In this document: positions 9,522-20,244 of the stretch, piece by piece
How the letters are laid out: every line of letters starts with the position of its first letter
Numbering within the stretch: position 1 is the stretch's first letter
Origin: Pseudomonadota bacterium
Lineage (GTDB): Bacteria > Bdellovibrionota > Bdellovibrionia > Bdellovibrionales > JACTMU01
Assembly (NCBI GenBank): GCA_014584465.1
Contig: JACTMU010000064.1
Coordinates: 5,395-69,394 of the forward strand
Length of the DNA: 64,000 bases
Reading direction: 5' to 3'
Translations under genes and position numbers: made by a program
The notes under the pieces: model-generated
Seen by the model: only the letters and a program-made list of their open reading frames with translations
The model's database searches: none
Told to the model about the DNA's origin: nothing

Positions 9522-10913
9522 ATGACCATTTCTTCTCAAAAACAGTTTCAACTTCTTATTGTCGACGACGACGAGTTGATCATTGAATCACTTAAGCTTA
9601 TTTTACCCTCCAATTGGGGACTTACTGGCGTTCAGACAATCGAAGAGACGCAGAAACTGAAGTCTGAGTTTGATGCAGCCTTTGTCGATATGCACCTTGT
9701 TCCTGGTGACCCAAGGGCACGTGGCCTGGAGGTGATTTCATTGCTTCGTCAACGAGATCCCCACATGGAGATCGTCGCCATTTCGGGAGATCTTGATCGA
9801 AACACAATGGAAAAAGCACTTCAATCTGGCGCAAACCGATTTCTCGCAAAACCCCTTCATCCCGAAGAGGTTCAGCCTACTCTGGAGAAGATTGAGTCAC
9901 TTCTACTTATGCAAGAGGCCCACCACCGACGACTTCAACCGACCATTCGTTGGATCGGGCCAAGTGAGGCTTCTGGGAACACACTTAAAGAGATTGCCCG
10001 CTACAAGGGTGAACGCGGGCCCATTCTGATCGAAGGCGAATCGGGAACAGGTAAGGAACTTGTGGCCACTCTTTTGAATTCCCAAGAGCGCACACGCCCC
10101 TTTGTAACGGTCAACGTGGCTGCCATATCGGAAAATCTCTTTGAATCGGAGCTCTTCGGACATGTTCGAGGTGCCTTCACTGGAGCAGATCAAAACAAGA
10201 TGGGTCTTGCCGAACTTGCTCACGGTGGAGATCTCTTTCTCGATGAGATCGAAGCACTCCCCATGAACCTTCAACCAAAGCTTCTTCGTTTTTTAGAATC
10301 TGGTGAAATCAAAAGAGTGGGAGCTAAAGAGTCTTTAAATGTGCAAGTTCGTGTGATTGCGGCCTCCAACCGCAACATTGAAGATTTGGTACGAGAAGAG
10401 AAGTTTCGGGAAGATCTTTGGTGGCGATTTTCAAGCAAAGTGATTCGACTGACTCCACTACGTGATCGAAGGAGTGACATTGAACCCCTTGCCAACGCAT
10501 TCATCTCCAAACAGAGTCCTCGACACAATAAAAAGCTGACACCCGATGCGGTGGCAGCACTCCTTAACTACGATTGGCCCGGCAATGTTCGAGAGCTTCT
10601 AAGAGTTTGTGAGCAGGTTTGTTTGACGGCTCCCTTACCGATCATTCGATCCGAAGATATCTTAAGTGTCATTCAACCAAAGTCCAATGGGAGTCCATCA
10701 ATCTCGCATGAAGATCACATTGATCTCGAAAATCTCAATCTTCAATTGGGACTGGCAAAACTGGTAGCTCAAATTGAAAAGCGAATCATCGAGCGAGGAC
10801 TCAATATTGCTACTGATATTGAAAATACCGCCAAGGTCTTGAAAATCTCAAGGTCAAGCCTCTATAAAAAGATCAAGGAGTATCAACTCTCGCCACGAAA
10901 GGATCTCTTGTGA
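9522..10913 (+). CDS. Sigma54-dependent response regulator (NtrC family: REC-AAA+-HTH)
   Basis: REC domain, GESGTGKE, GAFTGA, WPGNVREL, Fis-type HTH. Confidence 0.93.
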   Translation: MTISSQKQFQLLIVDDDELIIESLKLILPSNWGLTGVQTIEETQKLKSEFDAAFVDMHLVPGDPRARGLEVISLLRQRDPHMEIVAISGDLDRNTMEKALQSGANRFLAKPLHPEEVQPTLEKIESLLLMQEAHHRRLQPTIRWIGPSEASGNTLKEIARYKGERGPILIEGESGTGKELVATLLNSQERTRPFVTVNVAAISENLFESELFGHVRGAFTGADQNKMGLAELAHGGDLFLDEIEALPMNLQPKLLRFLESGEIKRVGAKESLNVQVRVIAASNRNIEDLVREEKFREDLWWRFSSKVIRLTPLRDRRSDIEPLANAFISKQSPRHNKKLTPDAVAALLNYDWPGNVRELLRVCEQVCLTAPLPIIRSEDILSVIQPKSNGSPSISHEDHIDLENLNLQLGLAKLVAQIEKRIIERGLNIATDIENTAKVLKISRSSLYKKIKEYQLSPRKDLL

Positions 10914-11821
10914 AATCCAACCTCTGGTCCGATGCCCTTTTCCAGGAGAGCGCAATTGTAGTTCTTGGATTGATCTTGGTCTTCGGATTGATCTTCTACT
11001 TTTTTCGAAATAGAAACCAAATCTTACAGCTCACCTGGCAGAGTCTTCTCAACTGGCTCTTCACAGCGCCCATCATCTTTGTGGTCCTAGCTTTGCCTTC
11101 AAATTGGACGCTCTTTTTCCTTATGATCCTTTCGATATTCAGTGCAAAGATCTTCTTCCAAATGGTTGGAATTTATCACCGTTCATGGTTTGTCTGGAGC
11201 TGCTACTTGGCCATCGTGGGCTTGTGGTGGTCGCTCAAGACTCAACAACCAGATCTCTATCAAACCATGCCCATGCTTCTTTTGGGCTGCATCACACTCA
11301 TCCCTCTTCTGAGGAACTCCTATGCCAACATGGTTCAGTACATTTCACTGACGCTTCTCTCTTTTTTGCTCATGGGATGGGCACTGATGCACCTTGGAAA
11401 GATCTTCATGTGGGATCGAGGCCCTCTTGTGCTTCTCTACATCATCATCGTGACCGAAGTCAGCGACAACATCTTTCTTGTTGCCAGCAGGGGTTTTCCA
11501 CAGCTTTGTCCATGGAACAAAATCTCACCCCGTCGCTCATTGAGCGGTTTTTTCATAGCCTTTGCCGCCTCACTTGGCCTTGCATGGGGACTTCGCCATC
11601 TCCTTCCTGAGAATCAGAGTATGATCTGGTTGACTTCTGGAGTCATTTGCTCACTTGCAGGTGGACTTGGTGACATGACGATCTCGGTGATCCGTCGTGA
11701 TCTAGGGATTCGTGATGTAAGTGGTTTCATTTTGGGTAGAGGCAATTTGATTGATCTTCTTGATCGATTGATTTTTGTGGCCCCTATCTATTATTATGTA
11801 ATGAATCCATGGTTAGGATAG
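10910..11821 (+). CDS. Phosphatidate cytidylyltransferase family (CdsA/YnbB-like)
   Basis: ISPRRSLSG, GDMTISVIRRDLGIRD and GRGNLIDLLDRL motifs; multi-TM. Confidence 0.8.
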   Translation: MKSNLWSDALFQESAIVVLGLILVFGLIFYFFRNRNQILQLTWQSLLNWLFTAPIIFVVLALPSNWTLFFLMILSIFSAKIFFQMVGIYHRSWFVWSCYLAIVGLWWSLKTQQPDLYQTMPMLLLGCITLIPLLRNSYANMVQYISLTLLSFLLMGWALMHLGKIFMWDRGPLVLLYIIIVTEVSDNIFLVASRGFPQLCPWNKISPRRSLSGFFIAFAASLGLAWGLRHLLPENQSMIWLTSGVICSLAGGLGDMTISVIRRDLGIRDVSGFILGRGNLIDLLDRLIFVAPIYYYVMNPWLG

Positions 11822-11861
11822 AGTTTAGGCTGTTGGGCCTAGAGCTTTTGGTGAGAGATAG

Positions 11862-12611
11862 ATGAAGAATTGGAACTACGAAAATGAGCAGTGGACGAGA
11901 CTCCCGTTCAACCTGAAGCACCTTCCGCTTTTCACACGCCACTTTGACTTAGCGAGCGCTCTGATTCGCACTCTTTGGGCTGCCATTCTCAAAGGAGTGA
12001 TTTTTCGATTTCTTTTTCGACTCAAAGTCGTCGGCGATTTTCATCAGGTTCATAAAAAGCACCCCAAACTCATTGTCATTTCCAATCACACAAGCCATTT
12101 GGATGCCATTTCGATTGCGGCCGCAGTCCCGTTTCGATATTGGCTCCACCTTTACGTGGCAGCGGCCAAGGACTATTTCTTCAGCAACTTTTGGTTCGCC
12201 TTCTTCTCAAAGCACTGCCTGGGAGCCATCCCCATCGATCGTCATCAAAAGCGAGGCGGCGCTGTTGCGTTGTGTCTAAGTTTGCTACGAAATGTCAATG
12301 AAATTTGGCTGGTCATGTTCCCTGAGGGAACTCGGTCACAAGATGGCCTCCTTCATGATTTTAAAAAAGGTGTGAGTGTCTTTTCCGAGCGAACCCAAAC
12401 ACCCATACTCTTTCTCTACATCAAGGGAGCAAGAGATCTTTGGCCAAAAGGGAACCGAATCTTTCGCCCAGGAAAGATCACCCTCTATGTTGGTCCAGTT
12501 CAGAGACCAGCACCCATTGAAGAGGTCAACTCAAATTTTCAAAAGTGGGTTGAGACCATCGATCCCTCGGTGATCCCTCCCAAGAATCCTGTTGAAAAGC
12601 CCTCGGTGTAA
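11862..12611 (+). CDS. Lysophospholipid acyltransferase (PlsC family)
   Basis: NHTSHLD and FPEGTRS motifs. Confidence 0.9.
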   Translation: MKNWNYENEQWTRLPFNLKHLPLFTRHFDLASALIRTLWAAILKGVIFRFLFRLKVVGDFHQVHKKHPKLIVISNHTSHLDAISIAAAVPFRYWLHLYVAAAKDYFFSNFWFAFFSKHCLGAIPIDRHQKRGGAVALCLSLLRNVNEIWLVMFPEGTRSQDGLLHDFKKGVSVFSERTQTPILFLYIKGARDLWPKGNRIFRPGKITLYVGPVQRPAPIEEVNSNFQKWVETIDPSVIPPKNPVEKPSV

Positions 12612-12659
12612 TCTTATAGTTGGTGCTTCAATCGCATGAGCTTAGGAAGTGGAGGGACT

Positions 12660-13040
12660 ATGGAGAGAGTAATTAAGGACTACATGACTGAACTTCCCCA
12701 CACCATCGGCGTAGGCGTTTCAGTTCAAAAGGCCGTAAACACCATGAGAGAGTACCATTGCCACCATCTTCCCGTTCTTGATGGAGGACACCTCGTCGGT
12801 GTCATCAGCAGCAATGATTTACGAATACTTAAGAGTTCGAGTGATCAAGACAAAACCAGAGTCTCTGAGATCATGACAGATGAACCCTACATTGTCGATC
12901 CCGATGCGCCGATCCGCAAGGTCATCAAAGAGATGCTTTCATTGGGAGTGGGAAGCGCCATTGTTCGAGCCAAAGAGGGCCAAAAATGGGGAATCTTTAC
13001 GATGACCGATGCTCTCAAACTTCTCATCACTCTGCTATAG
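12660..13040 (+). CDS. CBS-domain pair protein
   Basis: HHLPVLD..LVGVIS and GIFT..D CBS motifs; GGAGG RBS before ATG 12660. Confidence 0.85.
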   Translation: MERVIKDYMTELPHTIGVGVSVQKAVNTMREYHCHHLPVLDGGHLVGVISSNDLRILKSSSDQDKTRVSEIMTDEPYIVDPDAPIRKVIKEMLSLGVGSAIVRAKEGQKWGIFTMTDALKLLITLL

Positions 13041-13074
13041 TGATTTAACCTGTTTTCCTATTTTTAAAAGGAGC

Positions 13075-15027
13075 TTAATCCTCTGACAGAGCTTCACCGG
13101 CTATGACTGAACCAACTCTCGATACGAGATCACAAAAGGAAAACGGTTTAAGTAGAAGCTGCGTTTTAAGATTGATTTCAATACGCTCTAGATAGGATGC
13201 GCTGACATATCCAGTCATGAACACAAATCCAATGTTCGGATCGATCTTTCGTATTTGACTTTGGAGTTCAACGCCATTCATATCAGGCATTACAACATCA
13301 GTAATTACAGCCTTAACATTGCTCTGAGTGTTTCGAAAGAACTCGAGCGCTTCCAATGGGTTCGAAAATGCAAAGACATTGTATTGTTGATTGCAAAGAG
13401 CTCTCTCTGTAACTTGACAAAGCAGCACATCATCTTCCACCACAATGATGGATTCATTTCCCACCAACCGGATTCTTTGAATCTGTTCAGCTGTTTCCAA
13501 TGGCTCCGGGAGAGTCTCTTCAAAAACAATAGGAAAGAAAAATTTCATTTCAGTCCCATCGTTTACTTTGCTTTGGACCTCAATCACTCCTCCTGACTGA
13601 GTCACGAACCCAAACACCATAGAAAGCCCAAGTCCCGTTCCTTGATCTACAGGCTTTGTTGTAAAAAACGGTTCAAAGATTCTGCCTCGAACCTCCTCAG
13701 ACATACCACAACCCGTATCCTTAATGCTAATGCAAAGCATTTCAGTGTTCTCGATATGTTTGTGCGCACATCTGTTCAAAGGCCGATAGTTTTTTTCAAG
13801 AAATGTTGAAACCAGGACCTCACCCCCGTCTGTAATTGCATCCCTTGCATTTAATACGACATTCAAAATTGCCTGCTCGAAATGTATGGGGTCTACTGAA
13901 ATTAAAGGCAAGTCTGACTCTAAAGCAAAACTCAGTTTAATATCATCTGCGATAAGATTAGAAAGAATAAATTGCATTTTTCTGATTGTTCGACTTACGT
14001 CAATCGATATCGGACTGAGAGTTTGTTTTCGACTGAATGCCAACAGCTGCTTTGTCAAGCTAGCACTTTTCTTTGCCGACTCCAATATTAGATCCAAAAC
14101 TAACCTTTCTGTTTCAGTCAAATCATTATTTAACTGAAGTGAAGTCGCCGCCATAATAATGGTCCCAAGCTTATTATTAAAATCATGAGCAATTCCCGCT
14201 GAGACCCTACCAATTGCCTCAACCTTTTGAGATTGTCTCAACTGGTTTTCCAGACACTCCTTATCTGTAATATCACGAGCAATGGCAATATAGTAGGTGC
14301 GATCACCTTTCTGTAAAGTTCTAAAGACAACTTCACATCTAATGGTGGCCTTATTCTTGGCCTTAAACGTTCCAACCATTAGATTTGAACCACTGCTGTC
14401 AATCTTATCGCATATCGTAGAGAGATCAAAATCCGAAATATCAGAAAACCGAATATTTAAGCACTCGTCAATTGTATATTGAAGTGTTTCCAATGCGCAT
14501 TTACTAGCATTCCGAATTAAGTCGGAGTCTTTTTCAATTAAGAAAAACATATCAATTGAAAAATCGACCAGACAACGATAAAACTTCTTGTCAGATTCTA
14601 GTTCAACGACTTTAGAAATATCATGAATGAAAAACAAAACATAGGTCTCACTTTTATAGTTCTGAAATAATAACCGAACTTCAACTGGAAATACTTTTCC
14701 ATCTCTTCCATAACCCATGGCAGATTCATCTTTGAATCCTTGTTTCAAAAACTCACTATCTATTTCTTGGATCCCGAAGGCTTCTGACTTTTCAAGAAAA
14801 TGGCTTGATATCACAAGTCTTATATTTTTTCCTATCAATCCATTTTTTCCAAAACCAAAGACTTGGTCTGCGCGCAAATTCGATGTTATGATTGTACCTT
14901 CATGATCTGAAATGATGATTGCTTCTTGCACACTCTCAAAAATAGTGCTAAATGTTTGTTCTTTGATAGCCTGAATTAAAGAAGAACTACAAAGATCGTC
15001 ATTTTCGTTACTTTCAATTCTCCCCAT
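13075..15027 (-). CDS. PAS-PAS hybrid sensor histidine kinase with C-terminal REC domain
   Basis: AHDFNN H-box, NARDA, DTGCGM, GTGLGL, REC 'ITDVVMP'; low GC. Confidence 0.92.
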   Translation of the reverse strand: MGRIESNENDDLCSSSLIQAIKEQTFSTIFESVQEAIIISDHEGTIITSNLRADQVFGFGKNGLIGKNIRLVISSHFLEKSEAFGIQEIDSEFLKQGFKDESAMGYGRDGKVFPVEVRLLFQNYKSETYVLFFIHDISKVVELESDKKFYRCLVDFSIDMFFLIEKDSDLIRNASKCALETLQYTIDECLNIRFSDISDFDLSTICDKIDSSGSNLMVGTFKAKNKATIRCEVVFRTLQKGDRTYYIAIARDITDKECLENQLRQSQKVEAIGRVSAGIAHDFNNKLGTIIMAATSLQLNNDLTETERLVLDLILESAKKSASLTKQLLAFSRKQTLSPISIDVSRTIRKMQFILSNLIADDIKLSFALESDLPLISVDPIHFEQAILNVVLNARDAITDGGEVLVSTFLEKNYRPLNRCAHKHIENTEMLCISIKDTGCGMSEEVRGRIFEPFFTTKPVDQGTGLGLSMVFGFVTQSGGVIEVQSKVNDGTEMKFFFPIVFEETLPEPLETAEQIQRIRLVGNESIIVVEDDVLLCQVTERALCNQQYNVFAFSNPLEALEFFRNTQSNVKAVITDVVMPDMNGVELQSQIRKIDPNIGFVFMTGYVSASYLERIEINLKTQLLLKPFSFCDLVSRVGSVIAGEALSED

Positions 15028-15398
15028 ATCACTTCCAGTTTAGAACATAAATCGATCTTTTTGTTCTTTCATATACTCACTTCATAATATCGAAATCTCT
15101 CATGTGTCTTCTCAGCAGATCCTTCACTTATACATCGATCACTGCCGGTGAAGAAGACCAAAGTCCAGACCCCTCGATTAACCTATCTCTTTTAATAAAT
15201 AATATTCATTTATATGCAAATATATATTGTTTTCTATTGTTTCTATACTAAAATATTATTTGTTTATATTGATGCTATAGATCTTAACGAATAGATGATA
15301 TTTTCATCTTGTCTTGCCCTGTTTTGAAATGCTTTGCTCTTAAATTGCAAAGACCAATGATGATTTTCAAGACATTAAAGGCTAAAAGGAGATAGATA

Positions 15399-16739
15399 TT
15401 GGCAAAGGTTTTGATTGTCGATGACGATGATTCATTTCGAAAAGCGATAAAATTTGCTCTTGAGAAGGAATCATTCTTTGTTTTCGATGCTCCCAGTGGA
15501 AACTCTGCAAAGAATATAATTAAGACTACAAGCGACCTTGATCTAATAATTTCTGATATCCAGATGCCATACTTAACTGGAACTGAGCTCTTGGAGTGGC
15601 TGAAAGGATATCGCAATGTGCCGCTCATCTTAATGACTGGATTCTCACATGTATTGGAGTCCAAAACAGCCTACGAGAAGGGGGCCGCAGGATTTCTAGT
15701 TAAGCCCTTCGAACACGAAGAGCTAAAAAACACTGTCGAGACTGTACTAAGAAGAAAGTCGATCGTGCAACCAGAAGAAAAACCCTCTCTGGATGATCAG
15801 TTCTGCAGAGTCTCCATTGATGACTTCCTAATGGGAAGTCAAATTCCGTTTAATATCTTCGTGCGATTTTCTGACGAAAAGTACGTCAAAATTGCATACC
15901 GTGGTGAAAATTTAAAACCTGATCGAATTCAGTCATTCAAAGATAAAGGCGTTGACTACCTTTATCTCAACAAGACTGACTTTCAATCATTGGTCGGATA
16001 TAATATTAAGATTGCGGCTGCTCTTTCGCAAAGTAAAAAATACAGTGAAGAAAATAAGCGTAAGTTTTTGAAGTATACCTCCGATGTTCTTCTTGAACAG
16101 TTATTTGTCAATGAATGCAGTAAGTCCGATTTTCAATATGCCTCGAACTTCGTAAACGTTAGCCTTTCAGTAATATCAAATGATGATAATGTTTTTGAAT
16201 TGATTGATTTATTCAATAAACATGCAGACTTTCTCTATTCTCATAGCCTGGCTGTATCTCTTTATACCACTATTGCTGCCAGACGCTTAGGTTGGAGCTC
16301 TTACAAAACCTTTTTCAAAATAACGATGGCCGGGCTATTGCATGACATCGGAAAAAAAGAGATTTCTCGTGAAGTTTTAGTCAAGCCTAGACATCTTTTG
16401 TTGGCAGAAGAGCAATCACTTCTTGAATCCCATCCATTTCGAGGCAAAGCCATCTTGGAATCCATCGGCACTGTCCCTGACGAGATAGTTCAAATTGTTT
16501 TTCAACATCACGAAAATGACTTGGGACACGGATATCCACTTGGTCTTTTGAAGATCCGCATTCACCCTATCGCTCGATTGATTCGAATTGGGGACCTTCT
16601 TTGTCGCCTGATCATCAAAGGACCGGCAAATGAACCTATGCCACCCAGTGACGCCATCCACCATCTGCATCAGTTCTACGGCGAATCCACAGATCCCATT
16701 ATATTAAAAGCTTTCACACAAATTTTTCATACAAAGTAA
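15399..16739 (+). CDS. Response regulator with HD-GYP phosphodiesterase domain
   Basis: N-terminal REC; HSLAV, LLHDIGK, HP, HHE..G.GYP motifs intact; TTG start with AGGAG RBS. Confidence 0.88.
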   Translation: MAKVLIVDDDDSFRKAIKFALEKESFFVFDAPSGNSAKNIIKTTSDLDLIISDIQMPYLTGTELLEWLKGYRNVPLILMTGFSHVLESKTAYEKGAAGFLVKPFEHEELKNTVETVLRRKSIVQPEEKPSLDDQFCRVSIDDFLMGSQIPFNIFVRFSDEKYVKIAYRGENLKPDRIQSFKDKGVDYLYLNKTDFQSLVGYNIKIAAALSQSKKYSEENKRKFLKYTSDVLLEQLFVNECSKSDFQYASNFVNVSLSVISNDDNVFELIDLFNKHADFLYSHSLAVSLYTTIAARRLGWSSYKTFFKITMAGLLHDIGKKEISREVLVKPRHLLLAEEQSLLESHPFRGKAILESIGTVPDEIVQIVFQHHENDLGHGYPLGLLKIRIHPIARLIRIGDLLCRLIIKGPANEPMPPSDAIHHLHQFYGESTDPIILKAFTQIFHTK

Positions 16740-16776
16740 AGTTCAATGGAGAAGAAACCCATCCCAACTCAAGGGT

Positions 16777-17751
16777 TCAACGTCGGGCCTTTCGCAATCG
16801 ATGATTGATCTCATCTGCGGCATCGACCGCATCGTCCCAGCCAGTGTAGATTTGCATTTTGTGGCCAGCCGCCAAATCACCTACAACAAAGAGGCCCGAA
16901 ATGGAGCTCTCCATTTTCTCTGAGACAATCGCCTGCCCTGAGGAGTCGACCTGACCATTTAAACCCACAAGCAAATCGTTGTAGGCCTTGATCCCAAGTG
17001 AGACCACCGAGCGATCTGTTGCCACCTTCTTGCCGCCTGCAAGGAGGTAGGCCCCCAAACCTGCTCCCTTTGGATCTCCTTCGATGCCGACCAACTCCTC
17101 TTCCATAATAGAAATTCCAAGTTTCTTAGCCATCGCTAACTTTTCTTCGGAAAATTCACCCCGTTTTCCATTGGTCAAGATGGAAAGATCTTTGAGTTCA
17201 TAACGTTCTTTTAATATGGTTGCGATATGAATTGAAGAGTCGCTATGACCAAAGATCGAGACCTTGTGCCCAATGAGACGATGTCCATCACATCTCATGC
17301 AATAGATAAGAAATCCCTTGTTTGCGTAGGGGAAGAAGGGATCCATAGCTCCCCCAATGGTAGGCTGAATGTCCATCACTCCTGTTGCAAGAATCACATA
17401 CTTGCTACGAAGCTTGTGGTTTTCAGTTTTGGCGCTCACCTCCAACTCAAAGCTCCCTTCCGAACCTGAGATTTTGGTCACCTCACCCTTTAACGCCTCA
17501 CTCTTGAGCTGCGTTTGCCCCTCCAACCACTGAAGAGTCGTACTGTTAATCTTATTGACTGGGTGAATGATACCTTGCCAACCAGGAATGTTGTCCACCT
17601 CATGCACCCAAGCCCCTCGGCTTCGCTTTTGGGTTTGAGGAGAACCTTGCACAAGAAGAACTCGGTCATAGTTAAGGGCACAACGCAAAAAGGCCATCAC
17701 ACCACTGGCACCACCACCTACAACGACAACATCAAAATCCTTCTGATTCAT
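16777..17751 (-). CDS. Thioredoxin reductase-like FAD oxidoreductase
   Basis: GGGASG FAD motif, ATG, YCMRCDG (CxxC), GLFVVGD. Confidence 0.8.
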   Translation of the reverse strand: MNQKDFDVVVVGGGASGVMAFLRCALNYDRVLLVQGSPQTQKRSRGAWVHEVDNIPGWQGIIHPVNKINSTTLQWLEGQTQLKSEALKGEVTKISGSEGSFELEVSAKTENHKLRSKYVILATGVMDIQPTIGGAMDPFFPYANKGFLIYCMRCDGHRLIGHKVSIFGHSDSSIHIATILKERYELKDLSILTNGKRGEFSEEKLAMAKKLGISIMEEELVGIEGDPKGAGLGAYLLAGGKKVATDRSVVSLGIKAYNDLLVGLNGQVDSSGQAIVSEKMESSISGLFVVGDLAAGHKMQIYTGWDDAVDAADEINHRLRKARR

Positions 17752-17896
17752 TCGACTCTCCCTCCCATGCGAAAAGATTCCCTGCTCTGTGATTTTCTAG
17801 TCTATCGAGATCTTTTGCGATTCGACAACAACTACTTCAATTTAAATCTGGATCTAAAATGAAATTAGAAAATCTTTATCCAATCTGGGTTTAACT

Positions 17897-18991
17897 TTAA
17901 ACATTGAAACGAAAAAGAAAGACATCCCCATCTCGAACCAAGTATTCCTTACCTTCTGAGCGTAAGAGTCCGGCCTCTTTTACTGCCAACTCGCTCCCCT
18001 TCGTAAAGAGATCCTCGCAGTGATAGGTCTCAGCGCGAATGAAGCCTCTCTCGAAATCGGAGTGAATAACTCCAGCTGCTTGAGGTGCCTTGGTCCCGCG
18101 ATGAACAGTCCAGGCTCGCACCTCTTTGGGACCTGCTGTGAAGTAGGTGTAGAGATCAAGCAGTTTGTAGGCCTGCACAATCAACCGATGAAGACCTGGC
18201 TCGCTCATCCCAAGGTCGCGCAAGAACTCCTTCTGCTCATCAGGTTCAAGTTGCGCGATCTCAGCCTCCAACGAACAGGAGATCTCTACAACTTCATTTC
18301 CCTCTTGAGATGCCTTTACTCTGACACTGGCGACATACTCATTATCTGTGGTCATCTTCTCGCCCACATTGCAGACGTAGAGCGTGGGTTTGGCAGTCAA
18401 CAGATGAAATGAGTTGCAGTGTTCTTGCTCCGAACTCGTAAACTCCAAAGATCGAACGGGATGACCCTCTTTGAGCGCCTCAAAAATCTTAAGCAGGACT
18501 TGGTATTCCTCTTTGAGCTTCTTATCAGTCCCGGCTTGAGCGGTCTTCTCTACTCTCTTGAGCCTCTTCTCAACACTGCCAAGATCGGCAAGAAGCAATT
18601 CTGTGGATATTACGTCAATATCTCGAATTGGATCAACACTTCCTGAAACGTGGGTCACATTCTCGTCCACAAAACATCGGACCACGTGAACGATGGCATC
18701 TGTCTCTCGGATATGACTGAGAAACTGATTGCCCAAACCCTCACCCTGACTGGCACCCGCCACAAGTCCTGCAATATCAACAAACTCGATCGTGGTTGGA
18801 ATCACCTTTTGAGGTTTCATGACCTTCGCAATCTTATCGAGACGCACATCAGGTACCGTGACAACCCCAACATTAGGATCAATCGTACAAAAAGGGTAGT
18901 TTGCTGCTTCAGCTTTGGCCTTGGTCAAGGCATTGAACAGCGTGCTCTTTCCGACATTGGGTAGACCCACAATTCCACATTTTAAACCCAC
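17897..18991 (-). CDS. ychF: Redox-regulated ATPase YchF
   Basis: [27 protein letters not shown]-terminus ...FRFNV. Confidence 0.97.
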   Translation of the reverse strand: MGLKCGIVGLPNVGKSTLFNALTKAKAEAANYPFCTIDPNVGVVTVPDVRLDKIAKVMKPQKVIPTTIEFVDIAGLVAGASQGEGLGNQFLSHIRETDAIVHVVRCFVDENVTHVSGSVDPIRDIDVISTELLLADLGSVEKRLKRVEKTAQAGTDKKLKEEYQVLLKIFEALKEGHPVRSLEFTSSEQEHCNSFHLLTAKPTLYVCNVGEKMTTDNEYVASVRVKASQEGNEVVEISCSLEAEIAQLEPDEQKEFLRDLGMSEPGLHRLIVQAYKLLDLYTYFTAGPKEVRAWTVHRGTKAPQAAGVIHSDFERGFIRAETYHCEDLFTKGSELAVKEAGLLRSEGKEYLVRDGDVFLFRFNV

Positions 18992-19030
18992 AAGCTTACA
19001 CCTGATTCCTTCTCTAAGTTTTACGAGCGC

Positions 19031-19612
19031 CTACAAAGCAGAGCCGTTGAACTTGTTGGCTGCCTTTACGAAACCGTGAAACACAAAATACTCTAAAGCA
19101 TCCCCAGCCTTATCCAAAAAATCGCCCAAAAGAGACTCCTCCTGTGAAGAAAAGTCCTGCAAAACATAATCGGCCACATCCATCCCCGAGTGAGATGGGC
19201 GACCAACCCCTAATTTCAATCGAGCGTAATCTTGATTTCCCAAATGAGTGTGAATGCTTCGAATGCCATTGTGCCCGCCGGCGCCTCGATCCTTTTGAAA
19301 TCTCATGGCCCCAAAAGGCTGATCGATATCATCATGAATGACCAAAAGCTCCTCCTGCGAAATCTTATAGTAATCCAACAAGGCACGAACAGCTTCACCC
19401 GAATGGTTCATGTAGCCTTGAGGTTTTGCAAGAACAACCGTATTACCCTCAATTTGAAACCTCGAAGTGACTGCATGAAACTCTCGTTTTTCAGGTGGAT
19501 TGCCAATGCCAAGTTTGAACCGGTCAATGACCATAAAACCAATATTGTGCCGATTGCAAAGATACTTTGCTCCCGGATTGCCTAAACCCACAATCAACCA
19601 AACTGGTCCCAC
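19031..19612 (-). CDS. pth: Peptidyl-tRNA hydrolase
   Basis: GLGNPG, RHNIGF, GGHNG; synteny. Confidence 0.96.
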   Translation of the reverse strand: MGPVWLIVGLGNPGAKYLCNRHNIGFMVIDRFKLGIGNPPEKREFHAVTSRFQIEGNTVVLAKPQGYMNHSGEAVRALLDYYKISQEELLVIHDDIDQPFGAMRFQKDRGAGGHNGIRSIHTHLGNQDYARLKLGVGRPSHSGMDVADYVLQDFSSQEESLLGDFLDKAGDALEYFVFHGFVKAANKFNGSAL

Positions 19613-19629
19613 AAAAAGAGAGCGGTGAT

Positions 19630-20187
19630 CTAGGCTATCACAGCCGCTAGAGGTTCATCCGGCGGAGTCATCACCCGAAGCTTCTTATCAAGTGAAAGGT
19701 CTCGAGTTCGAAAGGTTGCTCCGACTCCAAGTTCAGTGACATCCACATCGACCATCTCAGGAATATCTTGGGGAAAACACTGAATTTCAACAAACCTTGC
19801 ACGAGGCTGAAGCAACCCGCCCTCAGCTACCCCTTTTGCCTTTCCTACAAAGTTGAGCATCACCTTCACTACAATCCTATTCGAAGAAGATGGTGCGTAG
19901 AAGTCGACGTGAAGCGGCCTTCGCGTGACAGGATCGACTGATACCGACTTTAAAAAGACCCCGCCCGCCACAATCGGCTTTCCATCAACTTTGATGTTGA
20001 GTGATCGATTGATGAAATCATCCGACGAGTATTTCTTAACATATCGCTCATCCAGACAAATCTCCAAGTTCTTAAACTTAGGACCATAGACAACGGCTGG
20101 CACCATGCCCTTTTTCCGCATGACCCGACACCAATGTCGTCCGTTCTTTCTCGATTCAGCTTCAATTTCAATCATTTCCTTGTTCAT
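19630..20187 (-). CDS. rplY: 50S ribosomal protein L25/Ctc
   Basis: VPAVVYG, HVDFY, GVAEGG; lies between prs and pth. Confidence 0.92.
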   Translation of the reverse strand: MNKEMIEIEAESRKNGRHWCRVMRKKGMVPAVVYGPKFKNLEICLDERYVKKYSSDDFINRSLNIKVDGKPIVAGGVFLKSVSVDPVTRRPLHVDFYAPSSSNRIVVKVMLNFVGKAKGVAEGGLLQPRARFVEIQCFPQDIPEMVDVDVTELGVGATFRTRDLSLDKKLRVMTPPDEPLAAVIA

Positions 20188-20244
20188 ATTCTAACCCCTG
20201 CTCTTTCTATTTTCACTTATGCTCAAACTCGGTGCTTCTCTCAC

